From a bacterium (GTDB lineage: Bacteria > UBA8248): a DNA stretch of 64,000 nucleotides. The stretch's first letter is position 1; each line of letters starts with the position of its first letter. Both the position numbers and the translations under genes were made by a program. The notes beneath the pieces are model-generated. The model was given only the letters and a program-made list of their open reading frames with translations, did no database searches and was not told the DNA's origin. The stretch is taken from contig OZ253442.1 in the NCBI GenBank assembly GCA_965261085.1, forward strand, positions 1,376,001 to 1,440,000, read 5' to 3'. Below, piece after piece: positions 37,985 to 48,416 of this stretch.

Positions 37985-39943
37985 TTATTCCGCCGTCATG
38001 GCGTAGCGCAGGATTTGTTCCTGGGTTGCTTCATCCCTGTCGATATCTGCGGTGAGCCGTCCTTCGCGCATGACCAAAATCCGGTCGCTCATCCCGAGAA
38101 TCTCGGGCAGTTCGCTTGAGATCATCATTACCGCGGCGCCGTCTTTGGCGAGTTGGAGCATCTGCGAGTGAACTTCGAATTTTGCGCCTATGTCGATCCC
38201 GCGAGTCGGCTCGTCAAAGATGAGCACATTGGCGCGCCTGAAGAGCCATTTGGCGAGAACGACTTTTTGCTGATTACCGCCTGATAAGAAACGTATTTGC
38301 GTCTCCTGGTCCGGCGTCATGATTTTCAGCTGATTGATGTGCTCATCCACGAGGTCTTTTTCCATGGCCAGATTGAGCAGCCACCGCTTGATGAGGCGGC
38401 GCAGGTTCGCGCTCGTTGTGTTAAAGGCGACCGAGAGAACCTGGGTGAGTCCTTGGGTTTTTCTGTCCTCGGGTAATAGCCCGAGTCCTCGCCGAATGGC
38501 CAGGCCTGGGGTCCACTTGCGCTCGTGGGTGAGGGTTTTCAAAAATCGAAGAAGAACCATGGCGACGCCACCCCAGATCATGACCCATTCGAGAACGAAA
38601 TTTTGAGTGAAAAGGCTTGTCACGACCATCGCGCCTATCGCCAGGGCATACCATTTTGCGAAGTCGATGACCAAGGTGCGCCAATGATACTGCCGCTCCA
38701 TGAACCAGAGACCCGCTTGCCGTGTGATCACCAACCCGGTGGCGACGATATAGGGGGTGGGGCCATTCAGTATGTTGTACAACGGCCCGCCGATGATCCA
38801 CTCATAAAACCACTTGCCGCTGAACAACGGTGGCGGTGAATTCATGTTGAGCGTCACGGGATCGTAAATTCCCTGGAAAATGATGGTGAACAAGGGCAAA
38901 GCCAGCATAAAGACAAACACGTCCACGATGGCCATCCAAAGCGGATAGTGGGGGAGATTTCGTATCTCTTCTTTCTCTTTTGTCGCACTGGTCATCTCTA
39001 TGGAGCCGCCATCCACTGGGTCCGCACCCATGACGGCCCGCGCCACTTCGGTTCTCCCCGCACCGACGAGACCCGAAAGGCCGACGATTTCGCCATAGTG
39101 CAGGTCGAAATCGATGTCTTCGAATACGCCGTTTCTGGTAAGTCCGCGCACACGCAGAGCCACTTCCCCGCGCTCGCGGGGCGTCCAGGGGAATTTCTCA
39201 TCGAGTGTGCGTCCCACCATCTGCGTGATCAGGAAATCAAGCTCCACGTCCTTTACTTCCCACGTGCCGATGTATTCCCCGTCTCGCAGGACGGTGACGC
39301 GATCTCCGATTTCATGGACTTCTTCAAGACGGTGGGAAATGTAGATAATGCCGACGCCTTGCTCGCGTAACAGGTTGACCGCCTTGAAGAGCTCCTCGAT
39401 CTCATGTCCGCTCAAGGAGGACGTGGGTTCATCCATTACGAGAATCTTGCAGTCAAATGCAAGAGCACGCACGATTTCCACCATCTGCTGATCCGCCACG
39501 CTGAGAGAACGGATCGGCGCATTGACGTCGATTTTCACATCCAGGCGCTCCATGATCGCTTGGGATTCCTGTTCTACTCTGGCCCAATCCACGCGCTTCA
39601 TGACGCCGGGCAAGACAGGTTCTCGGCCCAGGAAGATGTTTTTCGCCACGCTCAAGTCGGGCACCAGGTTCAGTTCCTGGTATATGACGCTGATTCCCAA
39701 ATCACGCCCGGTTCTGGCGTCGGGAATAATGGTGGGTGTTTCGCTGATCTCAATTTCGCCTGAATCGGCGTGGTAGATGCCGGCCAGAATTTTGATGAGC
39801 GTGGATTTCCCGGCCCCGTTCTCGCCCAAAAGAATGTGAACTTCGCCTTCTATGAGATTAAAGTCGACTTCTTTGAGCGCATGAACGCCCGGGAAGGATT
39901 TGTCGATTTTCAACATGCTAAGCAAATTCTTGGATTCTGACAC
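37985..39943 (-). CDS. Sugar ABC ATP-binding protein (RbsA-like, two NBDs) with a ~150-aa hydrophobic insertion
   Basis: GENGAGKST, MDEPT, GLVGAGRTE, PEDRK, LSGGNQQK, DEPTRGID; insertion lies between GGSIEM and WTPGLAI. Confidence 0.93.
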   Translation of the reverse strand: MSESKNLLSMLKIDKSFPGVHALKEVDFNLIEGEVHILLGENGAGKSTLIKILAGIYHADSGEIEISETPTIIPDARTGRDLGISVIYQELNLVPDLSVAKNIFLGREPVLPGVMKRVDWARVEQESQAIMERLDVKIDVNAPIRSLSVADQQMVEIVRALAFDCKILVMDEPTSSLSGHEIEELFKAVNLLREQGVGIIYISHRLEEVHEIGDRVTVLRDGEYIGTWEVKDVELDFLITQMVGRTLDEKFPWTPRERGEVALRVRGLTRNGVFEDIDFDLHYGEIVGLSGLVGAGRTEVARAVMGADPVDGGSIEMTSATKEKEEIRNLPHYPLWMAIVDVFVFMLALPLFTIIFQGIYDPVTLNMNSPPPLFSGKWFYEWIIGGPLYNILNGPTPYIVATGLVITRQAGLWFMERQYHWRTLVIDFAKWYALAIGAMVVTSLFTQNFVLEWVMIWGGVAMVLLRFLKTLTHERKWTPGLAIRRGLGLLPEDRKTQGLTQVLSVAFNTTSANLRRLIKRWLLNLAMEKDLVDEHINQLKIMTPDQETQIRFLSGGNQQKVVLAKWLFRRANVLIFDEPTRGIDIGAKFEVHSQMLQLAKDGAAVMMISSELPEILGMSDRILVMREGRLTADIDRDEATQEQILRYAMTAE

Positions 39944-40183
39944 GAGAAATCATTTCCGAAATGAGGTTTGATGAACTCCGTATAAATTGGTGAACGAAGG
40001 CGTACCATCACCCGCCATATTTGTACAGTCTCGATTTTTGAAGACTTGGCATACCTTATAGAGGTTGGGATTGTTTTTCAATAAGGTAATTTTGGGGAGG
40101 CCAAGTTGAAGGATCATTTCATCAACTATCATGGTATGATTCTCGAATGTGCGTGTCGAAGGAATTTTCATGAGGGACTTTTC

Positions 40184-40444
40184 ATGCGCTATCTTCAAGT
40201 GATGGGATTTGTTGTTATCATTCTTGGGGGTATGGCAGGCGCAGCCGTCGGGGAAACACGTAGCAAGACGGATGCCTGTTTGGTAACCCTGTATAACTAT
40301 CCTGCGGAGACGCCCCAGGATGTTTCGGAAAAGGTGTCGGCAAAATCGCTTTTGGGGTTGAAAAAGAACTTACGGGCAAGCAAAGCCGATGAGAATACGC
40401 ATTCGCAGATGGGTCTTCCGTTACAAAAACATACCTCAAAATAA
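40184..40444 (+). CDS. Short hypothetical exported protein
   Basis: Signal-peptide-like N-terminus and GAGGG RBS; no recognisable family. Confidence 0.4.
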   Translation: MRYLQVMGFVVIILGGMAGAAVGETRSKTDACLVTLYNYPAETPQDVSEKVSAKSLLGLKKNLRASKADENTHSQMGLPLQKHTSK

Positions 40445-40482
40445 ATCTGTTCTTCGAAATTCAAATCCATAGGCATACATCG

Positions 40483-41091
40483 TCACCGGTCGATGACGTT
40501 TCGGTATTCGGCGGATGGCGTGTGTTGCGCCGGCCAGTCCATCCCGTCTTCAAAACGCGCCAAAACACTTGCGTGACGCGCAAAACCACTCTCCAGCAAG
40601 GCGACCGAGACGATCTCCACGATGGCCGGCTCATCAAAGCCATGCTCGCGCAATGCCTGGAACTCTTCATCACTTAGTTGTTCGTTGAGCGTGAGTTTTC
40701 TCGCCACGCGGAAAACCGCTTTTTCCGCCTCGGGCAAATCGGCATTTTCAAAGTCGTGGAGTTTGTCCACTTCGCTCTCGTCGAGATCCATGCGGTGAAT
40801 GAGGTCTGTTTTGTGGAAGTTCACGCAACGGGGACAGTCCGAAGCGACCGCGCAAACCATCGCGATGCGATTGGTCAAATCGCGTGAAATGTGACCGTCC
40901 AAAACTTCCAGGCGTTTTTGCAGTTCCCAGAATCCCCTCAGGAGACCCGGCACGTGGGCGAAGAACCCGAATAATGGTCCCAGCCAGCGCGGGTCTTTCA
41001 ATCGGCATATCTCATCATAGATTTGCGAGACTTCTCCTTCGGCCTCATCGGGTTTTACGAGGCGGAAGGTTTCAAAGCCGGTTGTGCTCAT
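40483..41091 (-). CDS. Carboxymuconolactone decarboxylase/AhpD-like peroxidase-related protein
   Basis: EAEGEV..IYDEI, CPRCVNFH, LREHGFDE.AIVEIV. Confidence 0.85.
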   Translation of the reverse strand: MSTTGFETFRLVKPDEAEGEVSQIYDEICRLKDPRWLGPLFGFFAHVPGLLRGFWELQKRLEVLDGHISRDLTNRIAMVCAVASDCPRCVNFHKTDLIHRMDLDESEVDKLHDFENADLPEAEKAVFRVARKLTLNEQLSDEEFQALREHGFDEPAIVEIVSVALLESGFARHASVLARFEDGMDWPAQHTPSAEYRNVIDR

Positions 41092-41178
41092 TTTTTCTCC
41101 CGGGAATGGTTGGTATGTGGATATGATTAGACTCTAACATCATTTTCATCGTGTGTGGCGAGCAGCATGATAAGCCAA

Positions 41179-41212
41179 CTAAAAACCCCCCGCCGAAGCA
41201 GGGGGCTTTTAG
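41179..41212 (-). terminator. Intrinsic terminator after the TAXI gene
   Basis: CTAAAAACCCCCCGCCGAAGCAGGGGGCTTTTAG: imperfect GC hairpin flanked by A/T tracts. Confidence 0.6.
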
Positions 41213-41226
41213 TGTTTCGGTGTTGC

Positions 41227-42198
41227 TTACATCATGCCCGATTCTTTCCAGTAACGAGCGGCACCCGGGTGAATTTTGAGTTTCTTCATGCCGCGAAGGC
41301 CGGTCTTTTTGGTGACGAACTTTCCGGTTGGGTGGTATTTGGTGATTTTCTTGTGATTGTCATACAGGGCTTTAACGATCCCGTATGCGTTGTCGTTGCT
41401 CATTACGCTGTTGGTCATCAAAGTCCACATCTGACCCCAGCTTACGACGTCTTTTTTGTATCCGGGAATGGAGCCGGCGGTCACGACATCGCGCACGATG
41501 CCCGCTTCGTTCACAACCAGTGCTTTGATGGTGGCTTCATCGGGACCGAAGAAATGGAGTTTGCCGGAGAGCGTGCGCGCGAGTTCCATGTACACGGGTG
41601 CGGGAACGTTCGCGTTCAGAAAGAAAAAGCCCGCGTCCACTCTTTCGTCTCTGATGGCGGCTGCATTCTGGGGATTGTTGAAGAACTCTTTTTTCGCATT
41701 CACGCCACTGTGTTTAAGCGCAAGCTGCGTGACGATGTAAATCGAACCCCCGCGACCGCCGACGACAAATCTTCTTCCTGTGAGGTCGGACCATTTTTTA
41801 ATTCCGGAGGTTTTAAAAGTTGTATAGACGGTCGTCAATGGGTATAGGGCCCCTAACGCCAGCACGTCTTGAGGTTTCTTGAATGGTTTTCTTCCCGTTT
41901 GCCCCCAAGAGACGGCCGGCGCCGTGGCCATGCCTATGCGGAAAGGCTGCATTTTGTTCTTTTTCTGAAGGGTGCGGACGTTTGCGGTGGAACCACCGGT
42001 AATGGATGCAGATACCGAAATCTTTCCACCTGAGTTATCCGTGATGACTTTGCCCATCGCGGTTCCAATCTCGAAGGTGGCGCCGCCGGGCTGAGACGTA
42101 CCCAGAAGTATTTTGGCTGCGTTTGCCGCCGGGGCCGTGCCGATAACCAAGGCAAGGCCTGCTGCCAACGTAATCAGCCTAAGTGTAGATTTCCTCAT
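41227..42198 (-). CDS. TAXI family TRAP solute-binding protein
   Basis: GTSQPGG, TGGSTAN, terminal IHPGAARYWKESG. Confidence 0.92.
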   Translation of the reverse strand: MRKSTLRLITLAAGLALVIGTAPAANAAKILLGTSQPGGATFEIGTAMGKVITDNSGGKISVSASITGGSTANVRTLQKKNKMQPFRIGMATAPAVSWGQTGRKPFKKPQDVLALGALYPLTTVYTTFKTSGIKKWSDLTGRRFVVGGRGGSIYIVTQLALKHSGVNAKKEFFNNPQNAAAIRDERVDAGFFFLNANVPAPVYMELARTLSGKLHFFGPDEATIKALVVNEAGIVRDVVTAGSIPGYKKDVVSWGQMWTLMTNSVMSNDNAYGIVKALYDNHKKITKYHPTGKFVTKKTGLRGMKKLKIHPGAARYWKESGMM

Positions 42199-42502
42199 TC
42201 GTATCTCCTTTTTGAGGTAAAGTAATGAAACTTTTGGGTTTCAACCTTGTTTCGATTTGCAATGTCGAAACTCATGAATAAAATACGGAGCCTTTAATTT
42301 GAATCGAAGTGGCTATACTAAAGCAAAACCATAAGATTTGGTCAAGCAGGAAAGTTCGAAAAGTGCATTGAGAAATTTCATGAGTCACTGGCCAAACAAT
42401 CAGCCTATCCGCTAGAATTAAAATAGTTCATACAAATAGCTTTGTTTCAGTATGATGAACCCACCGCGTTGGAGGAAGCGCGGTGGAGAAGGAAGGGAAA
42501 AT

Positions 42503-45500
42503 ATGAATACCGAAACAGATCCCGCCCAGTCGGCTCCTCTCGTAAGGGCTCTGGTTTTCATCACTTCCTGGTTGTGCGTGCTCTCGGGTTTGTACCACAT
42601 TTCCGCGGTCTATCTGCGTCCATTGCCGGGCGAAATGCACCCCAACATGCATATGCTTCTTGGCTATTCCATACTTCTGGTCGGCGGCGCCGGGGCGATG
42701 CCTCAGATCTATGGGGATAAAATTCGCAAGTTGAATTTTCTTCCCGTTTTGTATCTTTTGTCCCTGGTTCCCGCCGTCATTTTCTACTACTTCGTCTATG
42801 AGATGGGAGAAGGCTGGTCTGACTGGAGTGTTTGGTGGGTTTATGCGCTCCCGTTCGCTATCTGGATGGCGATGATGGTTGTCGAGAAGTCATGGCTCGC
42901 GCTTTTGCTCTGGATTTTGGGTTTTGTTCCTGTGCCCATACTGTTCCTGTATTGGAATTTTTTGCCCGAAAGCACGCATGAACCCACGTCTTGGTGGCTG
43001 ATAATCGCATGCCCTGTCATCCCTACGATGTGGACCTTGTTCGCGGTTTTCTTCAGGCCCGCCGAGGGGGTGAAAAAAGCGGGTGGTTTTCTCGCGGTGT
43101 TTTTCGTAGCGCTTGTTCTGATCGGATGGCGGGTAGGTTTATGGGCCGGGCAAAGCGATGAGGTGAGAAGTGTCTTGTCCCTTTGGCCGGTAGTTGTATT
43201 CGCTTTTCCTCTTTTTTGGGCCAAAAAACGAATCAAAGAGGTATTTGAAGAGTATCCGGCTCACCCTTTTCCGGCCGGGTTCACCATTGGCTTGAACGCC
43301 GGCATGCTTTTTTTCGTAGCGACGGCCTGCCTGTACTTATTCTACTACCATGAAGAGATGGTTGACCGCCCCGGCGCTCCGACAATCGGTGATGCGCGCG
43401 TCGGCTTCGTCATGATTGTCGTCGCTATCGAATTAACAAGGCGTTGTTTCGGCCCTCCGCTTCCGATATTGGCGATGATTTCCTTGGCCTACGGGATCTG
43501 GGGCAATTTGTTCGCGCCTCCTTTTGGCCATGGCGGCCATACGTGGATAGAACTTCAGGCGAAACTCTCGACCGATTTCATCGGTGGGGTATTGGGCTTT
43601 TTGGTCGTCATCTCGGCTACCTTCATCATCATGTTTTTGATTTTAGGAGCGTTCTTGCATGAATCGGGTGCGGGCCGCTTTTTCGTGAATTTCGCCTTAG
43701 GCCTTTTTGGAAAGATGCGTGCAGGCGCCGGTCTCGCCGCTGTGGGTTCAAGTGCGCTCATGGGTACGGTGTCGGGCAGCGCATCCGGTAACGTCGTGAC
43801 CACCGGCACATTCACGATTCCCCTGATGAAGCGAATCGGGCTGAGCCCACACATCGCTGGAGCGGCGGAAGCGGCGGCCAGCAGCGGGGGGCAGATCATG
43901 CCGCCTGTCATGGGGGCGGGCGCCTTCATCATGAGTGAACTCATCGAAGTGCCGTATTTCCAGCTTATCGGATACGCCACCATACCGGCCATTTTGTATT
44001 TCACCATTGTGGGGATTAACATCCATTTCGCCGCTGGTGCGCTGAATATCAAGCCATTGCCTCCTTCCGAGATTCCGAGTTGGAAAGCGGAACTCAAGAA
44101 TGGGTGGTTCTATCTCGTGCCCCTGGCGTTTTTGGTCTATTTCCTCTTTGAGGGCAGAACGCCCGTGTTTGCGGGTGTCATGTCGGTTTTCATCATGGTG
44201 GGCATTTGGTTTTACCGAAACGTGACGGAATTCCTGGGTACGATGAGGAGGGGCGATAGGACAATCGCCGATGAAGTATTCGTTTTTGTGCCGGTTACGT
44301 TTTGGGTTTTTACCTTCTTCTTGTTCGCCTTCCTCTCGATTCTCGAATTGGGTTTCGGGGCGCCGTTGGGCGTCTACGGAAAACCAGCCTGGGGCGGTGC
44401 CATACGGGCCGCTCTGGCATTGGGCGTCACCGGGTTCGTTCTGGTGAGCATTTTCACCCGCATCTTCTCCTGGGTGGGTGAATTCTGGAATGAGATAGAG
44501 CGTAGCTGGTTGGCTATCTTCCCGCTCACTTTGCTGGCCTTATGGAGTGCTTTCGGCTGGTCTTCCGGCGTGGCCGGGGCTGCCATTCTACTGGCTCTGC
44601 TCAGCGTATCGTCTGTCCTCAGGGGAAACCGGGCGCAACCCACCACGGCCATACCCTGGTATTTCGTCATGATTTGGGTAGGTGCCTATTACGTGCAAAA
44701 AGGGATTTACGCTCTTGCTCCCGCGATAGCGAATTTCGGCGAATGGTTCGTTCCCTTCGGGTTCATCTATGATGCCCTGATCTTTTTTGGATTGGCCATT
44801 ATCGTGCAGAAGGTCATTTTTTCATTCGGCTCGCAAGAATCTGACGCCGATAGCGCGACGCCGAGCGTGAAACAAGTATTGGCCGTATCTTGTAATCCGT
44901 TTACCTATCTGCAGCGGGCAAAGAATACAGGCGAGACGGGCGCAGGCGTACAGGCTGCGCAGAGCGCCTCCGACTGGATTTTCAGCATTCGCAATGCCTT
45001 GAGGGTAGGGGGCAGGCAAGGGGCTGAATTCGCCGTGACGCTGGCCACCATCGAAGTCGTCGTTCAGGTTCTGAGCATCACGGGCGTGGGTAACAAGTTT
45101 GCTTACATGATAGAAACCCTCGCTAATGATATATGCCTGTTCGGCGCCGCTGTGGGCGGGGGGTGCGCATATTATATCGGTCTTGATGGTTTCTTCGTCG
45201 CGCTGCTTCTCACGGCGGTTTGCTGTGCGATATTGGGAATGGGCATGCCGACGACGGCGGCATACGTGCTGCTCGCCATTCTGGGCGGCCCCGTGCTGAT
45301 TCAACTCGTGGGGCCTGAACTCACTCATGTCTATGGAGCCGAATGGGCCAAGGAGTTCGTGGCCGCCAAAGGAGACCGGGTCGCCGCCCACATGTTCATC
45401 TTCTATTTCGCGATACTCTCCGCCATTACGCCGCCCGTGGCGATAGCCTCGCTCGTGGCGGCCAAACTGGCGGGCGCGTCCTATTTCAAGACGTCCATGA

Positions 45501-45817
45501 TGTCTCTTCGCTTCGCCATCGTGGGCTTTATCGTACCCTTTTTGTTCATGTTCGACCCGGCCCTGCTCACGTTCGGGCATCCGTTGCGCGTCGCTCTCTC
45601 CGCGTCCATGACGCTCTTGGGGTTCATCGCCTTCTCGGCGGGAACGCAAGGCTGGCTTCTGGGGAGGCTCTATAAATACGAGCGAATTCTCTTGTTCGTC
45701 TGCTTCGTCACGTTCATCCTGTTCGTTATTTTCTTCAGCGTCACCATGCTGATAGCGGGCCTGGTTTGCGGCGGGATTCCGCTTTTCCGGCAAATCAGGG
45801 ACAAAAGGCGAGCCTGA
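42503..45817 (+). CDS. TRAP fused permease, about 1100 aa, with two large membrane insertions
   Basis: SGSASGNVVTTGTFTIPLMK, ASSGGQIMPPVMGAGAF, LGMGMPTTAAY, AITPPVA; divergent from a TAXI gene. Confidence 0.92.
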   Translation: MNTETDPAQSAPLVRALVFITSWLCVLSGLYHISAVYLRPLPGEMHPNMHMLLGYSILLVGGAGAMPQIYGDKIRKLNFLPVLYLLSLVPAVIFYYFVYEMGEGWSDWSVWWVYALPFAIWMAMMVVEKSWLALLLWILGFVPVPILFLYWNFLPESTHEPTSWWLIIACPVIPTMWTLFAVFFRPAEGVKKAGGFLAVFFVALVLIGWRVGLWAGQSDEVRSVLSLWPVVVFAFPLFWAKKRIKEVFEEYPAHPFPAGFTIGLNAGMLFFVATACLYLFYYHEEMVDRPGAPTIGDARVGFVMIVVAIELTRRCFGPPLPILAMISLAYGIWGNLFAPPFGHGGHTWIELQAKLSTDFIGGVLGFLVVISATFIIMFLILGAFLHESGAGRFFVNFALGLFGKMRAGAGLAAVGSSALMGTVSGSASGNVVTTGTFTIPLMKRIGLSPHIAGAAEAAASSGGQIMPPVMGAGAFIMSELIEVPYFQLIGYATIPAILYFTIVGINIHFAAGALNIKPLPPSEIPSWKAELKNGWFYLVPLAFLVYFLFEGRTPVFAGVMSVFIMVGIWFYRNVTEFLGTMRRGDRTIADEVFVFVPVTFWVFTFFLFAFLSILELGFGAPLGVYGKPAWGGAIRAALALGVTGFVLVSIFTRIFSWVGEFWNEIERSWLAIFPLTLLALWSAFGWSSGVAGAAILLALLSVSSVLRGNRAQPTTAIPWYFVMIWVGAYYVQKGIYALAPAIANFGEWFVPFGFIYDALIFFGLAIIVQKVIFSFGSQESDADSATPSVKQVLAVSCNPFTYLQRAKNTGETGAGVQAAQSASDWIFSIRNALRVGGRQGAEFAVTLATIEVVVQVLSITGVGNKFAYMIETLANDICLFGAAVGGGCAYYIGLDGFFVALLLTAVCCAILGMGMPTTAAYVLLAILGGPVLIQLVGPELTHVYGAEWAKEFVAAKGDRVAAHMFIFYFAILSAITPPVAIASLVAAKLAGASYFKTSMMSLRFAIVGFIVPFLFMFDPALLTFGHPLRVALSASMTLLGFIAFSAGTQGWLLGRLYKYERILLFVCFVTFILFVIFFSVTMLIAGLVCGGIPLFRQIRDKRRA

Positions 45818-45856
45818 TATTCAACCACAATTGCCTGTTCTCCTTTGGGGGTATCC

Positions 45857-47098
45857 ATGCTTTTTCATAAACAACGCGCGCTCGAGTTCATGGAGAGGTT
45901 CGATCTCGACGCGCTGGTAGCGACGACACGGCACAACGTCTTGTATCTCTCGGGTTTTCAGGGGTGGGCCCAATATACCTACGGCGACGCCACGACGGAG
46001 ACCTTCGCGCTGTTTTTCCGGGATCAGGCTTCCCCGCCCGGGTTGATACTCTCCCGGCAGGATGAGACCTACTATGCGGCGACGGGTTCGTGGATCGAGG
46101 ACGTCAGGGGCTATGGACCCCGCTCGGCGCTCGATATGGCGCCCGACGAGGCGGGAGAGACCGAAGAGGAGAAGAATTACATATCCTTAATCGCCGAAGA
46201 CGCCCCGCGCGAGGCGAATTCCACCGATGCCATGCTCAGGATTTTGCGGGAGCGGGGCCTGTCGAGCGGGAAATTGGCGCTCGATAACGAGGGAATTCGC
46301 CCGAGTACGCGTGGCGCTCTGGAGGCGGCTTTACCAGACGTGTCTTTTCTGGAGGCCTCGAATCTGTTTCGCTTGATTCGCCTTCAGAAGACGGAAGAAG
46401 AGATTGAGCGCATGCGTGCCGCGGCGCTTTTGAACGAACAGGCCGTCGTCGCCTTCCACCAGGAGATGGCCGTAGGGCGAACCGAGCGCGAAGTGGCGAG
46501 CCACTACTACCGCACCGTGGCCGCGGGTGGAGGTAAGTGGAGCTGGTTTCATTTGGGGGGCGGGAGGCGTTCGGCCTCCATTTTTCCGCCCTCTGAAAGG
46601 AAATTCGAGCCGGGAGACGGCTTTTTCTTCGACGCAGGCATGAGGCTGAACCACTACTGCGGGGATGTGGGTTGTTGCGGCTCGTTCGGCGAGCCGAATG
46701 CCGAACGCAAGGCGCAGTGGAACGCCATCCAGGCGGGACTCGAGGCCGCCTTCGGCGTGATCAGGGCGGGGGTGAAGCCATCCGATATTTTTCGCGCGGC
46801 GGTGGCGGCGGCGAAAAAATCGGGTCTGCCGCGCTATAACGGCGCCTTTTGCGGACACACGATAGGCATCGAGGCGCGCGAGTTGCCCTATACGCTGAGC
46901 GAACCCGTGAAGCTCGACGATCCCTTCCTGCCCGAGAATTCAGACATCCCGCTGCCCGCGGGCGCGGTGCTCTCGGTGGAGTTGCCCTCCGGAAAGTTCG
47001 GTGAGGGCGGCGTGCATGCGGAATTCACCGTTCTGGTTACCGAGACGGGCATGGCGCATCTGGGCGAGCCCACCCGCGAGCACGTCGTCATCGAATGA
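45857..47098 (+). CDS. M24 family (Xaa-Pro peptidase/creatinase-like) protein
   Basis: NVLYLSGF, R..KTEEEIERMR, D..G...Y.GD, GHTIG, VELP, HAE. Confidence 0.9.
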   Translation: MLFHKQRALEFMERFDLDALVATTRHNVLYLSGFQGWAQYTYGDATTETFALFFRDQASPPGLILSRQDETYYAATGSWIEDVRGYGPRSALDMAPDEAGETEEEKNYISLIAEDAPREANSTDAMLRILRERGLSSGKLALDNEGIRPSTRGALEAALPDVSFLEASNLFRLIRLQKTEEEIERMRAAALLNEQAVVAFHQEMAVGRTEREVASHYYRTVAAGGGKWSWFHLGGGRRSASIFPPSERKFEPGDGFFFDAGMRLNHYCGDVGCCGSFGEPNAERKAQWNAIQAGLEAAFGVIRAGVKPSDIFRAAVAAAKKSGLPRYNGAFCGHTIGIEARELPYTLSEPVKLDDPFLPENSDIPLPAGAVLSVELPSGKFGEGGVHAEFTVLVTETGMAHLGEPTREHVVIE

Positions 47099-47171
47099 AT
47101 CTATAACAATATAATAATCAATCACTTAAAAACGTCCCCCCAGTAGCCCGGAGCGCGCAAATCGACTCATT

Positions 47172-47210
47172 TAATTATCGAATAACCCCGTGAATTTATC
47201 GATATTTTCA
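47172..47210 (-). repeat. AT-rich motif, inverted partner of 33367-33416
   Basis: Reverse complement reads TGAAAATATCGATAAATTCACGGGGTTATTCGATAATTA. Confidence 0.7.
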
Positions 47211-47348
47211 GAAATTCCTTATTCTCGAACGCGGCGATGCGCTTCGCAATCATACACGTGCGCGTCTTGAGTCCGATGACGGCAAATGCGGGCAAATGCG
47301 CGCGCAGGTGTTTTTCCCGTCATCTCATGCGCACTCAGGAACGTCCGC

Positions 47349-47474
47349 TCAGGGTTCCGGATGCTCTTTGTCATGGATGCGGGGGTAGGCGACTTGTCCC
47401 CATACTTGCGATTCGGGGTTGGCGTCGATCTCGGCCTTCATGACTTCGAGAATCACCGGCACGACGTCGGCCAT
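47349..47474 (-). pseudogene. Probable 3' fragment of an unidentified gene (MADVVPVILEVMKAEIDANPESQVWGQVAYPRIHDKEHPEP*)
   Basis: Translated by hand; host-like codon usage; stops where integrase homology starts on the other strand. Confidence 0.35.
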
Positions 47475-48416
47475 GAGGCGAAAGACGCCGTGTTCTGGGA
47501 CAGGGATCTAGCCGGCTTCGGAGTACGGGTCCACGCCACGGGCAGGAAGGTCTACGTTGTGCAGTCCAGAGGACCCGGGGGGCCCAAGCGCGTAACGCTG
47601 GGCCGCCACGGCGAGTTGTCCGCCGATGAGGCGAGGAAGCGGGCGGCCGCCGTCATCGACCGCATCAAGCGTGGCGAGGAGCCGAAGCCCGGACCGCCCG
47701 AGGCGGAACTCACCGTGGCCGGACTGGCCGAGCGCTTCATGCGCGTCTATGCCGGGGCGCACTGCAAGCCGGGCACGGTCGCGACGTATCGCTCCGTACT
47801 GGAGAACCACGTCCTGCGGGCTCTGGGCTCGATGACGGTAGGCCAGGTCGGAACAGCCGAGATATCGGCATTGCACCACCGGCTTCGCGAAACGCCCGCC
47901 ATGGCCAACGCGGCCGTGGGTATTCTCTCGAAGATGTTCTCGCTGGCCGAGGGGTGGGGTCTGGTCCCGGCCGGACGCAACCCGTGCCGGGTGGTGCGCC
48001 GCTACCGGGCGCGCTCGTGTGAGCGGTTTTTGACGCCTGCGGAATTCCGTCGCCTGGGCCGGGCGCTCAGGGATATGGAAGCGGAGGACGCGGTCTGGCC
48101 GCCTGCGATAGCGGCGATCAGGCTATTGACCCTGACCGGATGCAGGAAAAGCGAGATACTGAGCCTTCGCTGGGACGATGTGGACCGCACGGCGGGCGAG
48201 TTCCGCTTGAGAGACGCCAAGGCGGGTCCGCGCATGGTTCCCTTGACGGCGCGCGCCTTGAGTGTACTCGATGGTATGGAGCGGATTGAGGGGAATCCCT
48301 GGGTGATCCCCGCAAAGAAGGGGGGTGGCCGCCTGCCGACCCTCACCTACTACTGGCAGGCCGTCCGGGCGAGGGCCGGGCTCGATGACGTGCGGATCCA
48401 TGACCTGAGACATTCT
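47475..48416 (+). pseudogene. Tyrosine recombinase with Arm-DNA-binding domain, truncated at both ends
   Basis: FWDRDLAGFGVRV, LTGCRKSEI..LRWDDV, HDLRHS. No LGH or catalytic Tyr follows; ORF runs into unrelated AT-rich DNA to 48506. Confidence 0.88.
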
